This document shows positions 26,290-40,470 of a DNA stretch of 64,000 nt, one piece after another. Location of the stretch: NCBI RefSeq assembly GCF_009914755.1, contig NC_060931.1, one strand, 5' to 3'. The DNA is from the human T2T-CHM13v2.0 reference genome, Homo sapiens. The number at the start of each line of letters is the position of its first letter. Position 1 is the stretch's first letter. The position numbers and the translations under genes were made by a program. The notes below the pieces were generated by a model that ran no database searches, was not told the origin of the DNA, and saw only the letters and a list, made by a program, of their open reading frames with translations.

Positions 26290-27150
26290 TAAGTATTTTA
26301 GAAATAGGTTTTCGATTTCCACATGAAATATTTTCTTATTTTGTTATCTAATAAATTTGTTTGGAGAGAACAAGCATATATCTAATATTAAGTCACTTCA
26401 TCCAAGAGTACTTACAAATTTATCATAGTTTCTATTTTATTTTCTCAATCTGTAAATTTTTATCCTTTGGGAACTTGTGAAGTATTAAATTAATTATTAG
26501 AGATTTTATTATTTGGATGCTATTGTGAATGTTTTGCTATTCTTAATATGTTTTATTGTAAACTAGTTGCTGCACGATACTCATCACACCATGAATTACA
26601 TTCACTTATTTTTAGAGAAATGCTATTGCATTTTATAACTTGATCTGGTTTCAGTCAACCTTGCTAAGTTATATGATTAACAACTTAATGATTCTCTTGG
26701 CTTTTGAAAGTAGAGGATAATGTCATCTTTCAAAATTGAGAATTTTATGTCCTTTATTCAGATTTTATAAAGCCCACACAAGTTTGTTTTTATAGTTGTT
26801 ATTTTGTTTGTTTGTTTGGTTTTGACATATTGCATTGTCTAAGACCGTCACTCTTTCGTTAAGCAGTAGCAATTATGGTGTTATGCAAGTCTGTTTCCGA
26901 AACTTCAGGACATCATTTTATTTTTTATCTGTTAAGGATACCTTTGCTAAAGGCTTTTGGTATTTAACATTTTAACACATCAAATAAATTTCTTTATTCC
27001 TAGTTTTCTAACATTGATTATCTAAATACGTTACAATCTGTTAGATGCTTTTGGTTCTTTATTAATTGATCATAATAGATTTTTAGTTGTTCTATTAATG
27101 TGGTTATTTCTTTGTATATATTTTCTAACACTGAACCACTTTTACCTTCC
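26290..27150 (-). mobile_element. Ancient L1M ORF2 fragment
   Basis: T-rich antisense L1 motifs (TTTGGATGCTATTGTGAAT, CAACCTTGCTAAG, ATAATGTCATCT). Confidence 0.5.
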
Positions 27151-27154
27151 TCAT

Positions 27155-27508
27155 TGTATTGGCCTGCTTGGGCCACCATAAAAAAATACCACAGACTGGG
27201 TGGCTTAGACAACAGACATTCATTTTCTCATGGTTCTGGAGGCTAGAAATCTATTTCATGTCAGGGCTCTTTTCCTAGTTGCAAGAAGCCTCCTTTTTGC
27301 TATGTTTCCACATGGTCAGAGAGAGAAACAGCTCTTTGGAAATCCTCCTCCTTTTATAAAGACACCAAATCCATAGGATTAGGGCCCCAACCTTATGACC
27401 TGATTTAAGCTTAATTACTTCCCTAAAGGTCCTATCTCAAAATACCTTAACATTAGTGGCTAGGGCTACAACATATGAATTTTGAGAAACACATTTCAGT
27501 ATGTAACA
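27155..27508 (-). mobile_element. MLT1A/B MaLR solo LTR
   Basis: TGTATT...ATACCACAGACTGGGTGGCTTA...CAACATATGAATTTTG...GTAACA. Confidence 0.85.
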
Positions 27509-27534
27509 CTAGCTAAAACTAATTTGATTGTGTT

Positions 27535-27988
27535 GTATATTCATTGTGGCACTGTTCACAATAGCAAAGACTTGGAACCAACACAAATACCTATAATTGA
27601 TAAACTAGATAAAGAAAATGTGGCACATATACACCATGGAATACTATGCAGCCATAAAAAGGATGGGTTCATGTCCTTTGCAGGGACATGGATGAAGCTG
27701 GAAACCATCATTCTCAGCAAAGTAACACAGCAACAGAAAACCAAACACCGCATGTTCTCACTCATGAGCGGGAGCTGAACAATGAGAACACATGGACACA
27801 GGGAGGGGAACATCACACATCAGGGCATGTAGCGGGGTGGGTGGCTAGGGGAGGGATAGCATTAGGAGAAATACCTAATGTAGATGACAGATTGATGGGT
27901 GCGGCAAGCCACTATGGCACCTGTATACCTATGTAAAAAACCTGCATGTTCTGCACATGTACCCCAAAACTTGAAGTATAATAAAAAA
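27535..27988 (+). mobile_element. L1PA7/8-like 5'-truncated 3' end
   Basis: ORF2 C-terminus FMSFAGTWMKLETIILSK...HRMFSL and primate L1 3' UTR ending GTATAATAAAAAA. Confidence 0.92.
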
Positions 27989-30026
27989 GTAATTGTAATT
28001 GAAGTAGTAGTAATAAATAGAAGTCAAAGGAAAATTGAAAAGTGAGAAAAAGTGAAGATTAATAGGTCAATTCAATGAAATCTGTTATGAAAATTATGAT
28101 GGGTTGATTGGCAATAGGGAAAAATGTGATGTTATGAAACCATGATTAGATAAAGTAATTCCATATTTTTCTGAGGCAGGCACAATTTTCAGCAAAGATA
28201 TAATCTAGTTTTTAAATTCTCAACTATTGAGTTTGATGAGACAACACAGAAAGTTTCAGCTCCAGTAGAGAAAGGAATGCCTTATTCTTAATTTCAGGGG
28301 AATATTTAAATATCAATACAGCTTCACAATTTTTTTCTTAAAAATTTAACTGAAATCATCAATTAGAAAGAAGGCTTCCATATATTCCCAATAGATGTTT
28401 AAAATGATAAATATAGTAACATTTTGGGAAGAGAGAGGGATTATTGTGTAGTGCATAAGATAGCTACATCTTACTGGATTCACATCGTGTGATATGATCC
28501 CTTCATCTGCCACATTGAAGTTGTGGCTTTTGGCAATTACTAAAAAGTTCTGTCTTAGTTTTATCAACTTTAATATGGAACAATATTAGTGCACACCTAA
28601 TGTGTTTACTATGATGATTAAGTTACATAATTTGTATAAAGAATATAGAATACAGCCTAAAGCAAAATAAGGTGTTAATATTTATTATATTTATTATCAT
28701 TTTGTAAACAAATTCTTGCAAGTTGCTACAAGGCAAGGAATAAAAATCAAGTCAATGATTCTCTAAATAGAGAAAAGAACTGATTGATTATGTTATTTAT
28801 ATTACTGAGGGCAGATACAAAAAGTAAAGACAAGTTGAAAGCATTATTTATTTTGCTGTTCTGAGAACTCTAGAGCATTCCAGAATTGAATAAAATAAAA
28901 ACATCAAGTCACTAGTTCCAATATAATGAATGTAAGGATATAAAGATTTTTTTCATTATTTTGTTTCAGATATTGCAACATATTTTATTACAATAGTCAT
29001 CATTTTTAAACAAAGTTGATTTAGGCCTATATCTCAGATCATCCTGAATTCACAAGCAATATCCTAAATTAGAGATTGTTTTTATATGCCCTAAAAGCAT
29101 CAACATGTGAATTAACATCATTTTGTTGCCAAGGTCTTATTTCCTTCAAATAACTTTTCAAAGGCTGTCTGGATTAATTGACAAGAAAAACAGTGAAAAG
29201 ATCAAAGTACTGTCAAAGACATTCAATGAATGATTTAAATAACTAGTAACAAAGCTTGAAAGGTGGTCATTGAAATAGCATTAACATAATTTTGTAGAAT
29301 ATAATTTGTTGTCTTAAGAGAATTTTAAATACTTTGTCTGGAACCCTGTAACAGGCATCATCAAAACTGATCAATCATGTATTTAATATATCAAGTGAAA
29401 CAAGAATTTTCTGCTTTAAAGATTGTTAAGTGGTTGATATTTCATTCACAGGAGCTTACTATTGAGGATCATATTGACATTAAAATATAAAGTTTAAAAG
29501 AAGAAAAAAAAGGTAGTGGTAACATGGAATACAATTCTCCTAGAAGTTGTTTCCATAGAATAATCTTCTCACAGGATTTTGCCATTGTAAAATGTTTGAA
29601 TCATTAAAAAGTAATATTTAAATTTTAACGAATTAAGAAGTTCTTTGGATCCACAAGAATGCTTACTCTCATCACATAAAAATTTATTAGGGAGAGTACA
29701 TACTATCTCTACCCCAAATTCAAATGAGTTCACATTTAAGTGGCCTCAGTAAAGCCAGCAGCAGAAATATACAAATTCTGCCAAGGGAACATATTGACAG
29801 ATTTTTAGAGTATTTTACTTTTCATAGTTAATAAATATTTGAAAACCATTCATTATTATTTCATGTTATTTTCAAATTTACTTTATCTAGTTTGATTACT
29901 ATGCTATAATAAAAGATGTAGAACAAAATCTCCATTCATAATATTGCAGCTTTAGAAAAGGTTTCTACCAAGGACAGCTTAACTTGATATTGTAGCAGAG
30001 ATATAAATCAGATTGTATGTTAGATT

Positions 30027-30128
30027 CTGTGTGTGTGCACGTGCACGCATGCCTAGATTCTGCGTGTGTGTGTGTATATATATACACGTGTGTGTATATA
30101 TATACACATGTATATATGTATATGTATC
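30027..30128. repeat. (TG)/(TA) low-complexity purine-pyrimidine tract
   Basis: Directly visible. Confidence 0.85.
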
Positions 30129-30130
30129 TA

Positions 30131-30210
30131 TCAGGTTGGTGCAAAAATAATCGCTGTTTTTCCCATTACTTTTAATGGTGAAAACTGCAATTACTTTTGC
30201 ACCAAACGAA
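30131..30210. mobile_element. MADE1 (Hsmar1-derived MITE)
   Basis: 80-bp palindrome TCAGGTTGGTGCAAAA...TTTTGCACCAAACGAA flanked by TA on both sides. Confidence 0.93.
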
Positions 30211-30289
30211 TATGTCCAATGTAGGGCGAATGTTGTCTTCTCAATTCTTCCCTTGCTTCAACAAATCTGAGTCTCTACATTGGACAAGA

Positions 30290-30690
30290 CAATGTGCTAT
30301 ATGAGAAGAAAAATATAACAACAAATAAGATAATTTTTATTGTAAGGAAACTTACAGTTTAGGGGGAAAGAGGCATATTACTTTAAATGTGAAATAAGAA
30401 TTAGAAGTGCTGTGAAGAAAATATGCAAGTTTTCATGAGAGTCTGTAAGAGGGTACATGGCTTGGTCTGAAGGTTAGTGAAGGCTTCAATGAGAAAATGA
30501 GATTTTAGTAGGGATCTGAGGATGAGAAGGAGTTAACGGGCAAGAAGGTGGAATACAGAGGTGGAAAAACATAAGGGTGTAAGGAACAGTCATTTTTGTG
30601 GTACTGAAAAAAGGATGTCTGACTAAAATATAAGTTCATGGCCAAGATGGGTGTGAGGCCAAATAGGTATAAAGAGACCACAGTATGAGT
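30290..30690 (-). mobile_element. L2 fragment
   Basis: AAGGAAACTTACAGTTTAGGGGGAAAG...GAAGGCTTCAATGAGAAAATGAGATTTTAG antisense L2 pattern. Confidence 0.5.
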
Positions 30691-30875
30691 TGAATTGCAT
30701 TTGACTGATAGAATAATACATAGAAAACTGGCATCTTGAAAATGTTTAGTCTACTCATCCATAAATCTAGGATATACACCCATTAATTGAAGCCTTTATC
30801 TTGAAATTATTTCATCAGATACAGCTCTAATGGTTTTACATATTTTGCTTCTATTATCAAAGGTATTTTTTTTCA

Positions 30876-31137
<262 letters not shown>

Positions 31138-31609
31138 CTAAGTCCTAAATGTATCTAGCAGCCTTGAGCCTTGCTAAATTTATTCATGACTCCCATTAGA
31201 ATGTGTAGCAGAATATTTGTCTATTTAGATGAACATGACATTCACAAGGACTTGCTCTCCAATCTGTATGCCTTTTATTTTCTTTGCCTTAAGGTATTAT
31301 TAATAAATTATTTATTAATAACAAATTGATTAATAAGGTCATGGTATATGTTAAGAAAACATGCACCAGCAGTGTAGACTAAAATTGTAGTTAATTATTT
31401 AGTAAGTGTGGTGAGAGTTAACATCTTAACTTTGTTTCTGATATCAGACAAAAAGTATTTAGTTTTTCACCATTACATATGATGGTGCCTCTATGTTTTA
31501 TATAGGTCACTTTAAATGTATTGAGAAGATACATATTTATTTCTAGTTTTTTGCAGGTTTTTATCCTGAATTTATGTTAAATTTGCATTTATAAAAATTC
31601 TCTTTAGCT

Positions 31610-31893
31610 TAAGGACCGGCAGCTCGTAGGACAAATCAGGCCTGCGGCCTATTTTCAGTATGACCTCCAAGCTAAGGAGAGATTTTCATTTTTAAAGGTG
31701 TGTGCACATGAGAGAGAGAGAGAGAGAGACAGAGAGACAGAAACAGAGACAGAGCAAGACAGAGACAGAGGAATATTGAGAAAGGAAAGAAGTGGAGGAG
31801 GAGAAAAGAATATGCAACAAGGTATATGTGGTCCCATAACCAAAATATCTTCTATTACTATCTTGCCTTTACAGAAATAGTTTGTCGACCCTA
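31610..31893 (+). mobile_element. MER58B-like hAT element with internal (GA)n expansion
   Basis: CAAATCAGGCCTGCGGCCTATTTT...AGCTAAG start and CCTTTACAGAAATAGTTTGTCGACCC end. Confidence 0.75.
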
Positions 31894-33656
31894 ATTTAAT
31901 ATGTCTTTTTAATTTTGTTAATATATCAAATTGCAGTGATTAATTTTGAATTTTGAACCAATCTTGTTGGGGATAACACCTAATTAGCCATTAAGTAGTA
32001 TCTTTTTTTATGTTTCTGAATTCAATATGATAATATTTTGGTAAAAAATTTTTGTCTAATATTTATGAGAGATTATTTGTTTGTAGTTTTCTTTTTTTCC
32101 CGATGTCTTTGTCTCTGATTGTGGTAGTGGATAGTATTGCCCTTATAAAGAACTTGAATGGGTTTCATCCTTCTCTTTTTTCTTGAATATTTTGTGTGCT
32201 ATGGCTGTTCTTTCTTTCCTAAATGTCTGGTATAATTTGACAGGGAAGGAAACTAATCCTGGAGTTTTCTGTGTTGCAAAGTTTTAATGTTTAATTCATT
32301 TTCTTTAATAGATATAAAGCTATTTAAGACATACATTTTTATCTTCAATGAGCTTTAGTATTTTTATCTTTCATGGAATTTGAACTTTCATCTGTTTTAT
32401 CAAATTTATTGGCATAAATTGTCTACAATATTTCCTTATTATAATTTTAATACGTGTAGGATATGGAGTAACCTTTTTCTTCATTCTTGATTTGTCAATT
32501 TGTAACTTTTTCTTACTCAGTTTCTTTAGAGACTTATCAGTTTTATTAATCCTTTTAAAATATCAACTTTTATTTTTAATGATTTTATTTGCTTTTATTT
32601 TTTCAATTTTATTGATTTTTGCTTTTTTAGTCCACATCTCTTTATCGCTGTTTGCTTTAGATTTAATTTCCTCTTCTTTTTTTTTTCTTCTAATCACTGA
32701 TATCTCTGTATCTCACAAATTTTGGCTATGATTTAATTTTTATTTATTTCAAAATAATTTAAAATTTTGGGGGAATTTTTCTTTGATTTATATTTTATTT
32801 AGGTGTGCTGTTTAATTTTAAGTGTTTGGAAGAATTCAGCTATTGCACACTTTTTGATTTCTAGTTTAATTCTGCTATAACAGGAGAACATACCTTGTAT
32901 AATTTAGTTCTTTTAAGCTTATTAAGGTATATTTTATTTGTCTGAATGCAGTCTATCTTGTTAATATTTCATATTACTTGGAAAAACTTTATATTTTGCT
33001 GGTAGGTGAAGTATCTTATGAAAATCAAGTAAGTTAATAGGATTGATTTGTTTTGCATGTCTTCTAGATTCTAACTGATTTTCTTATTTTTTTAATCAAT
33101 AAATGAGAGAGTAGCTTTTGTCTTCCAATGTAACTAGATTTTTATCTATAGGGTTATCCTTTATTTATGAATTTGAAAATCCATTCATTTGAAATGTTTT
33201 CATATTATTCACACTTGATGTGTTATTAGTATAGTTGGTATTAAATCTACGTACTTATATAAGTTGTATGCAACAACTTCTTAATATGATTGGATCTAAT
33301 AGTACCATATCATGAACATTTGTTTGTCCCATCTTTGTTTGCTCCTTTCTCCTCCCTTTTTGCATTCTTGTAGATTAGAGACCAATTTTTTTATTTCATT
33401 TTTTCTCTGTTTTGACCTTCTAGTTATAAACCATCTTATTTTTAACATTTGCCCTAGAGGTTATACATCTTTGAGTTGAGTTTACTTACAAAAAAAATTA
33501 TACCAAATAGTATAATAATCTTTCAACAATATAGTTAATGTTTCTTACCACCTACTCATTATGCTATTGTTGTCATTTTATTTCTACTTATGATAAATCC
33601 TCACAATAGAATGTTACTATATTTGCTTGAGATAGCCAATTATCTTTTTAAAAGCA

Positions 33657-34060
33657 CTTTTACTAAGATATAATTAACATACAATCAACTGCACATACTG
33701 TGTACAAATTTATAGATATTGAGATGTGTATATACTTCTATGAAATTGTCATAATAATCAAGATAATGGTTGTGTCCCTATGTAATAACTGCTCCCATCC
33801 TTTTCTTTCTGTTTCTTTTACCAAGGTAATCACTGATGAGTTTTCTGTCAATAAAGATTAGTTTGCATTTTCTAGAGTTTTATGTAAATAAATTCAGAGA
33901 GTAGTGTTTTTTCCAGCTTATGTCCTTCAACATAATTATCTGGAGATGCATCTATGTTGTAATGTTTATTGGTGACACATTATTTATTGTTGAAGAATAG
34001 TATTTAGCAGTTTATAGATTCACCTTTTGAAAGACATCTGGATCGTTTTCAAGTTTGGCA
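33657..34060 (-). mobile_element. L1MB/MC 3' end
   Basis: CTTTACTAAGATATAATTAACATACAATCAACTGCACAT...GATTAGTTTGCATTTTCTAGAGTTTTATGTAAAT. Confidence 0.75.
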
Positions 34061-35689
34061 ATGAAATTACCAAACGGTAATTTCCAAATTGTAATTTCAT
34101 GTTCATGTCATCTCTGTCATTTGATATTATTTTTGAATTATTTAAATGACATTAGAAAAGACAAGTATAATAATGAAAATGAAAGAACTGGTTCTATTTC
34201 TAACTGTAGATGATATGACAGGAAATTAGCGTGGGTTTATTTAGGATCCCCAAGCTACTTTTTCCAAATACAACCTAAAAAGTGAACTGAACATATATCT
34301 AGAAGTACAGTGCAAATCCATCTGAAAAATTTCTCGTTCTCAACTAAAACAAACAAAAAATTCTTAAACAATGTCAATGGGAAAAGCTTTGACTGAATCA
34401 ACTAGCTGTTTAAACATTTCTATTCCACTGTGTAGCTTGAAAGAAATAGTAATGGTGTTCTAAATTGTTACAGAAGGTGGGCAATGATAATTTACTCTAG
34501 GGAGAATTTTTTTTTTTATTTAAAGAAAGTACTAATGGCTATTATTAGTCAATAAGATTACAACCTGCTAACTAGATATAAGTATTTCTTGTGAAACTTA
34601 AAGCTTATTACACAGAGACAAAAATCTAAAAGTTTTACAATGTGATTGCTACAAGATTTCTTTTCTTATTAATTTAACTCATTGAAAATAATGAGTCTTC
34701 ATCATTTAGTGCTGAAAGTTAAAGATTCTTTTAAACTCAAGATGAACATGAAAACTATTATTTTACTTTGTCATTATTGTTATTTAAAAATTATAGCAGA
34801 TCTTGCTGGCATCATTCTATTGTAAGTGCAGTTTGTCACGAGTTTATGACTCAATGGTTTTAATTCATATAAAAACAAACCAGCACACAAAGTTGCCAGT
34901 CTTTTTTTCTGAAAAAAATTAAATGAGTTATTTTTATCACAAAAGACACAGAATATAAATGAACAAATAAATCAATATACATTTTTAAATATCCATATTT
35001 TGTTGTTACAGAAAATGAGGTAATGTTAATTTAAAAATATATTTATGAATATTTTTCTCACTTAAATTCAGTTGTCAGTTGCAATCTAAATATGACACCA
35101 GCATGATTACCATTATTAATAGTAATGGTAATTAGCTTGAATAATAGTAATTATTAATAATAATTCTAAAAATACTATTTTACACACTAATATGTCCCTA
35201 AAACTATGTTGAAAATGACATTAAGTAGACACTGAAAAAATTACTGTTCATCAGAAATACTTGAAATCTTTACAAAAAGCCATAGTGAAAAGACAAAGGT
35301 ACTTTGTAGTTTTGTAAATTAAAACATTGGTTAAATATAACGAGAGAGTTGCATATAAATTGTTTCATAAAATCATATTTTCTGCTGTGTGAATAAAGCC
35401 TCATTTATTGATATAATATTTTCTTTTTACTGTGACTTAAAATGTGGCAGAATAATTAATAAAAATGTAGACCCTCATTAATATGACATAGAATGTGGTA
35501 TAATGCATCTGGCTGAGATGCATTACACAGGATAATAATTACTTATGGTACTAGAGGTATTCATCCAGTCTCACAAAATAGTGTTGCTAGTATGGCATTA
35601 CAGTGTGGTTTACATAGTGTAGATACATTTGAGGGTTCTATGTAAATGAAAACCGCTATAAATAAATAAGGAGAAATAATTATTTAAAT

Positions 35690-38600
35690 TCAAAGGAAAA
35701 GTTCTTTGAAAAGACTGATAAAATTGATAAACCTTTAGAAAGTCTCACAAAAGAGAAAATTCAAGAGTAAAGACAAATTGCTAATATAAGAAATACAATA
35801 GTTCATATAACTACAGACACTGCAGAAATCAAAAGGATAGTAAGGGAATAATAGAAGTAGCTCTACATATCTGAACTGAACAATTTGGACTCTATGAACC
35901 AATTCTTTTAAAAGTACATACTAAAACAATTCTTTCAGTATAAAATACATAATTTAATAGCCTTGCAACTATTAAGACATGAATTCATAATTTTTAAAAC
36001 AACCCAACAAGAAATCTTCCAGCCCTGATATTCACTGAAGAATTCTAAGAAACACTTAAAAAGGAATTAAAACAAATTCTATACCCTTTTTTTTACAGAA
36101 AAGAAGTAAATACTTCCCAAATAATTCTTTAAAGTCAGTATTAACCTGACTTTAAAACTAGATAAAACACACACACAGACATACACACACATCCAAAAAC
36201 TACACACCAATATCTCTCACAAATATACATGCAAAAATTCTATACCAAATATTAGCAAATAGTACTTAGTACACAAAAATATCTATATACACTATGACTA
36301 AATTAGGTTTATTTTGGGGATGCAAGGCTGATTGCACATTTGAAAAGTAGTTAATTTATGAAATTAGCAAGCTAATTTTAAAAAAATCACATGATCATAT
36401 CAATAGATAAAGAACAAACCTCTGACAAAATTCAACATCCATTCTTGATTATAAAAAATCAGAACAATAATAAATATGTGGGAACTTCCCTGGATTGGTA
36501 AAGAATATCTACATAAAAATTGAAGCTGACATCATATTTAATGGTGAAAGACTGAATGACTTTCCTCTAATATGGGAAACAAAGCAAGGATGCTCACTTT
36601 CACCACTAATTCTATTTGATACAAGTGGTTCTAGACAGGAAAACAAGGCAAGAAAAAAATTTAAAGCATACAGTTTCAAAAAGAAGAAATAAGACTGCTG
36701 TTTTGTGCAGATGTCACAAATGTCTGTGTTAGTCTATTTTCACACTGCTGATAAAGACACACCCAAGACTGGGAAGAAAAAGAGGTTTAATTGACTTCCA
36801 GTTCCACATGGCTGAAGAGGCCTCACAATTACGGTGGAAGGCAAGGAGGAACAAGTCATGTCTTACATGGATGGCAGCAGGCAAAGAAAGAGCTTGTGCA
36901 GGGAAATTCCTCCTTATAGAGGCATCAGATCTTGGGTGACTTATTTACCATCATGAGAACAGCATGGGAAAGACCTGCCCTCATGATTCAATTACCTCCC
37001 ACCAGGTCCCTCCCACAACATGTGGGAATTCAAGATTAGATTTGAGTGGGAACACAACCAAACCATATCAATATCCATGTAGAAAATCCCAAAGTATCTA
37101 CAAAAATTTCGTAAAGCTAATTAGTGCATTCAGCAAGGTCACAAGGTACAAGATCAACATACAAAAATTTTTGCATTTCTATATTCTAGCAATGAACATG
37201 TAGACAACAAAATCAACACTACAATATTATTTAGTTATTTAAAAAATGAAATACGTATAACTTTTAAATGTCTAGGTTATTTTTACTGAAAACTATGAAA
37301 CACTGATGAAAGAAATCAAACCATATCTAAATTAATGAGAGACATGCCTTGATCGTGAATCAGAAGACTCAACATGATAAAGATGACAATTTTTCTTACA
37401 GTTAGATTAAGAAAATTTCTTATCAAAATTTCAACAAGGTTTTTTAGATATAAGGAAGATTCTTCTCAAAGAATATATGAAAAAGTAAAGAAACTAATTG
37501 CTAGAATAATTTTTAAAGATATAATCACTATAAAATTATTAGACTCATTATATAGCTACAGTAATCAAAGATTGCATGACATTGGTAGAGGAGAAGACAT
37601 AGATTAATAGAATAGAAAGTTCAGTAATGCTCTTGCAGGAGTCTAGCCACATGTTTTTTTTGACAAATGTGAAAAAGCAGTTCAATGGAGGGGCAATAGC
37701 TTTATTTAACAAATAATGTTGAAAGTAGACATCTATGAGCAAAAAATAAAAATAAAAAATAAGCTTGCCTCATCATAACTTATTTAAAAATTTACTCAAA
37801 GCAGGTCATAGAATTAAATACAAAATCTGAAATAATGAAGATTTAAAAGTGTGGAAAATCTTTAGAATCTAGATCTTGGCGAAGGTATGGCACTAGATGA
37901 AATAGGACACCAAAAGCATTATCAATAAAATAAAATAACTGATAACAGGACTTCATCAAGATGAATTTTTTTCTCTGCAAAAGATCATGCTAAGAGGAAG
38001 AAAAAACAAGGTATGACCTGGAACAAAATATTTGCAAACCATAAATCTGACAATAGAAATTATATCTAGAATATATAATAAACTCTCAAAACTCAAAGAT
38101 CGAATCCAAGTAGAAAATGGGCAAAATACATAAACAGATATTTTTCTGAAAGTACTGTACATATAACGGCTTGTAGGCACATAATAAGCTTTTCAATATC
38201 ATTAGCCATCAAGGAAATCCAAATTAAGACTATGATGAGATATCACTACAAACCAATTAAAACAGCTTTAAAAAAAAACTAGAAAATATTTAATGGTGTT
38301 TCTAATGCAGAGAAACTACATCTCATTTATTACTGGTGAGATGCAAGTTAAATGTCACAGTCACTCTTGAAAACATTTTGGCAGTTTCTTAAGAAGCTAA
38401 ACACACCCATTCACACAATCCAGCAATTTCCCTCCTAGGCTTTCATCCCAGAGAAATGAAAACCTATGTCCACACAAATAGGTGTACGTAATTGTTGATA
38501 GCCACTTATTTTCAACAGTCAGAAAGTGGAAACCACCAAAATTTTCCTCCATAGGTGAAAACGATTAAAAATTACCCTGGTGCATCCATATCATGAACTG

Positions 38601-39075
38601 CTACTCATAAATAAAATGTAATGGATACATGCAAAAACTTCATTGGATCTTAGAAGTATTAGGCTGAGTGAAAAAAAGCCAGTCTCAAAAGGTATCATTA
38701 TATATTATTTCACTTACATCACATTCTTCAAATGACAAAATTATAGAAATTGAAAAAACATTAGGGTTTGCCAGTATTAGAAGTGATCTGCTGGGGAGAA
38801 GTCTAAGTTCAATTATAAAAGAATACCACGAGGGACATTTGTGGGGTATGGGACAATTCTGTATGTAGATTGTGATGCTGGTTACACAAATCTATACATA
38901 TGATAAGATGGCATAGAATGTACATTTTGCCAGTGTCAAATTTTTAGTTTTGATATCACAACTGTGTGAGACATAACAACTGGGGGAAACCAGATGAGCA
39001 GTACAAGGGTCTTCTCTGTACTAGCTTCACAACTTTCTTTGAATATATGATTATTTCCAAATTAATAGGTAAAAG
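35690..39075 (+). mobile_element. L1MC/MD-type LINE-1 (ORF2 RT to 3' end), interrupted by a THE1 LTR
   Basis: FNGERLNDFPLIWETKQGCSLSPL RT remnant, GGGATGCAAGGCTG, 3' tail CTCTGTACTAGCTTCACAACTTTC. Confidence 0.85.
36725..37070 (-). mobile_element. THE1B-like solo LTR
   Basis: TGTGTTAGTC...CCAAACCATATCA; TSD ATGTC/ATATC; similar to the LTR at 4948-5303. Confidence 0.93.
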
Positions 39076-39232
39076 TAGACAGACAAAAAATTAAAAAGAA
39101 AATAAATAAACTTGCAGAATTCCCCAAAGCTGGAAATGTAGGTGCAATATTCTTTTGGAGGTTTTCAGCATGTAAAAATTAAATTTGAGTTATTGTATCT
39201 GAGAACTTTATTTTCCTAGCATTTACTTTGAA

Positions 39233-39299
39233 ATGTATATAAATGCATATACATATATATATGTATATAAATGCATATACATATATATATGTATATAAA
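39233..39299. repeat. 28-bp tandem repeat (2.4 copies)
   Basis: ATGTATATAAATGCATATACATATATAT x2 plus a partial copy. Confidence 0.9.
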
Positions 39300-40299
39300 A
39301 CACTACTTCATACCCTGTGAACATAAATACTAACCCAGAAAACACACTGGGTCTCAAAAATAATAACAATAATGGTACAAAGATATGTATGCTACTAAAT
39401 ATCCTACTATTAATGAAAAAGTTTCAGTCGAACTTTAATTATGACAATCACAACTGAAAATACACCAGTATCTTAAGAATATTGCTGAAATACTTTTTTT
39501 TGTGTAAATTTAAACAGATCATAATCAAAATAAGGTACATTAATTTCCATTGGGAAATCAAATCACATTGAAAACAATTTAATCAAATATTTAAAGATTG
39601 AACATTTAAAACAAATTTAAATAATTATTAAACCAAATTTGAAACAACACATCTACAAACATATTAACTCAAAGATTAAAAGTCATAACACACTCAAGAC
39701 AACACAGATGTTTCACTAAAAATGCAACATCCATTATAAAAAGTGGAGGGATTCCTACTATCTGTGAATGTGCATGCAAATAGGAGCTTTGCAACATTGC
39801 CAGGCATTGTGTGACAGCTGGTCTTAGCAGAATGCTGAATAAATTCTTTAGTTAAATTTAACTATGTGCTAATTTTTTAGGAAATGAATGCCAAATGTCT
39901 GTAATGCTAATAATTCTCTTATTAGATTAATAGTAACACTTCATCTTAACTAGAGTAAAAATCTGTGGGATTTCATGTCACTACTTATGACAAGTGAAGC
40001 AATTATTTACATTTTTGCATCAGGTCTAAGCCTTTCAGAGAAACATTCTTCTGGCCTTACTCGGGGGCAACTTATCTCACAATATTTCATGTGTGATGGA
40101 CTGTGATGGACTTTTTAATCATATTTTGAAGGCTTAGATGTCAACAAGGTCACAGAAATGGGAATCAGACAGAGGGCTCTTGTTTCAATAGAGGAATTGA
40201 TGGACTATCCTGTATAAGGCAAGCTGTGCCTTCATTTTGCATCCCCTTGTCCTGTTTGTCTTCTAAATACTAACCCAGAAAACACAGAGTCTCAAAGAT

Positions 40300-40470
40300 C
40301 ATAATAATAGTGGTACAAAGATACGTATTTCTCACCATGAGCCAGCACTAGATTAAATATTTTATATGCATCAATTTAGTCTTCACAACATTCCTGTGAT
40401 AAAATGATAATCATTATTATTTTTTAATTTTTATGAGAGAAAAGTAACTAATGGACAGAGATATTGAGTC
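40300..40470 (-). mobile_element. MIR fragment
   Basis: CCATGAGCCAGCAC...TTTAGTCTTCACAACATTCCTGTGA antisense MIR core. Confidence 0.55.

Noticed and set aside
35501-35525. Perfect 10-bp stem hairpin TAATGCATCT-GGCTG-AGATGCATTA
   Set aside because: About one such stem is plausible by chance in 64 kb of AT-rich DNA; no supporting context
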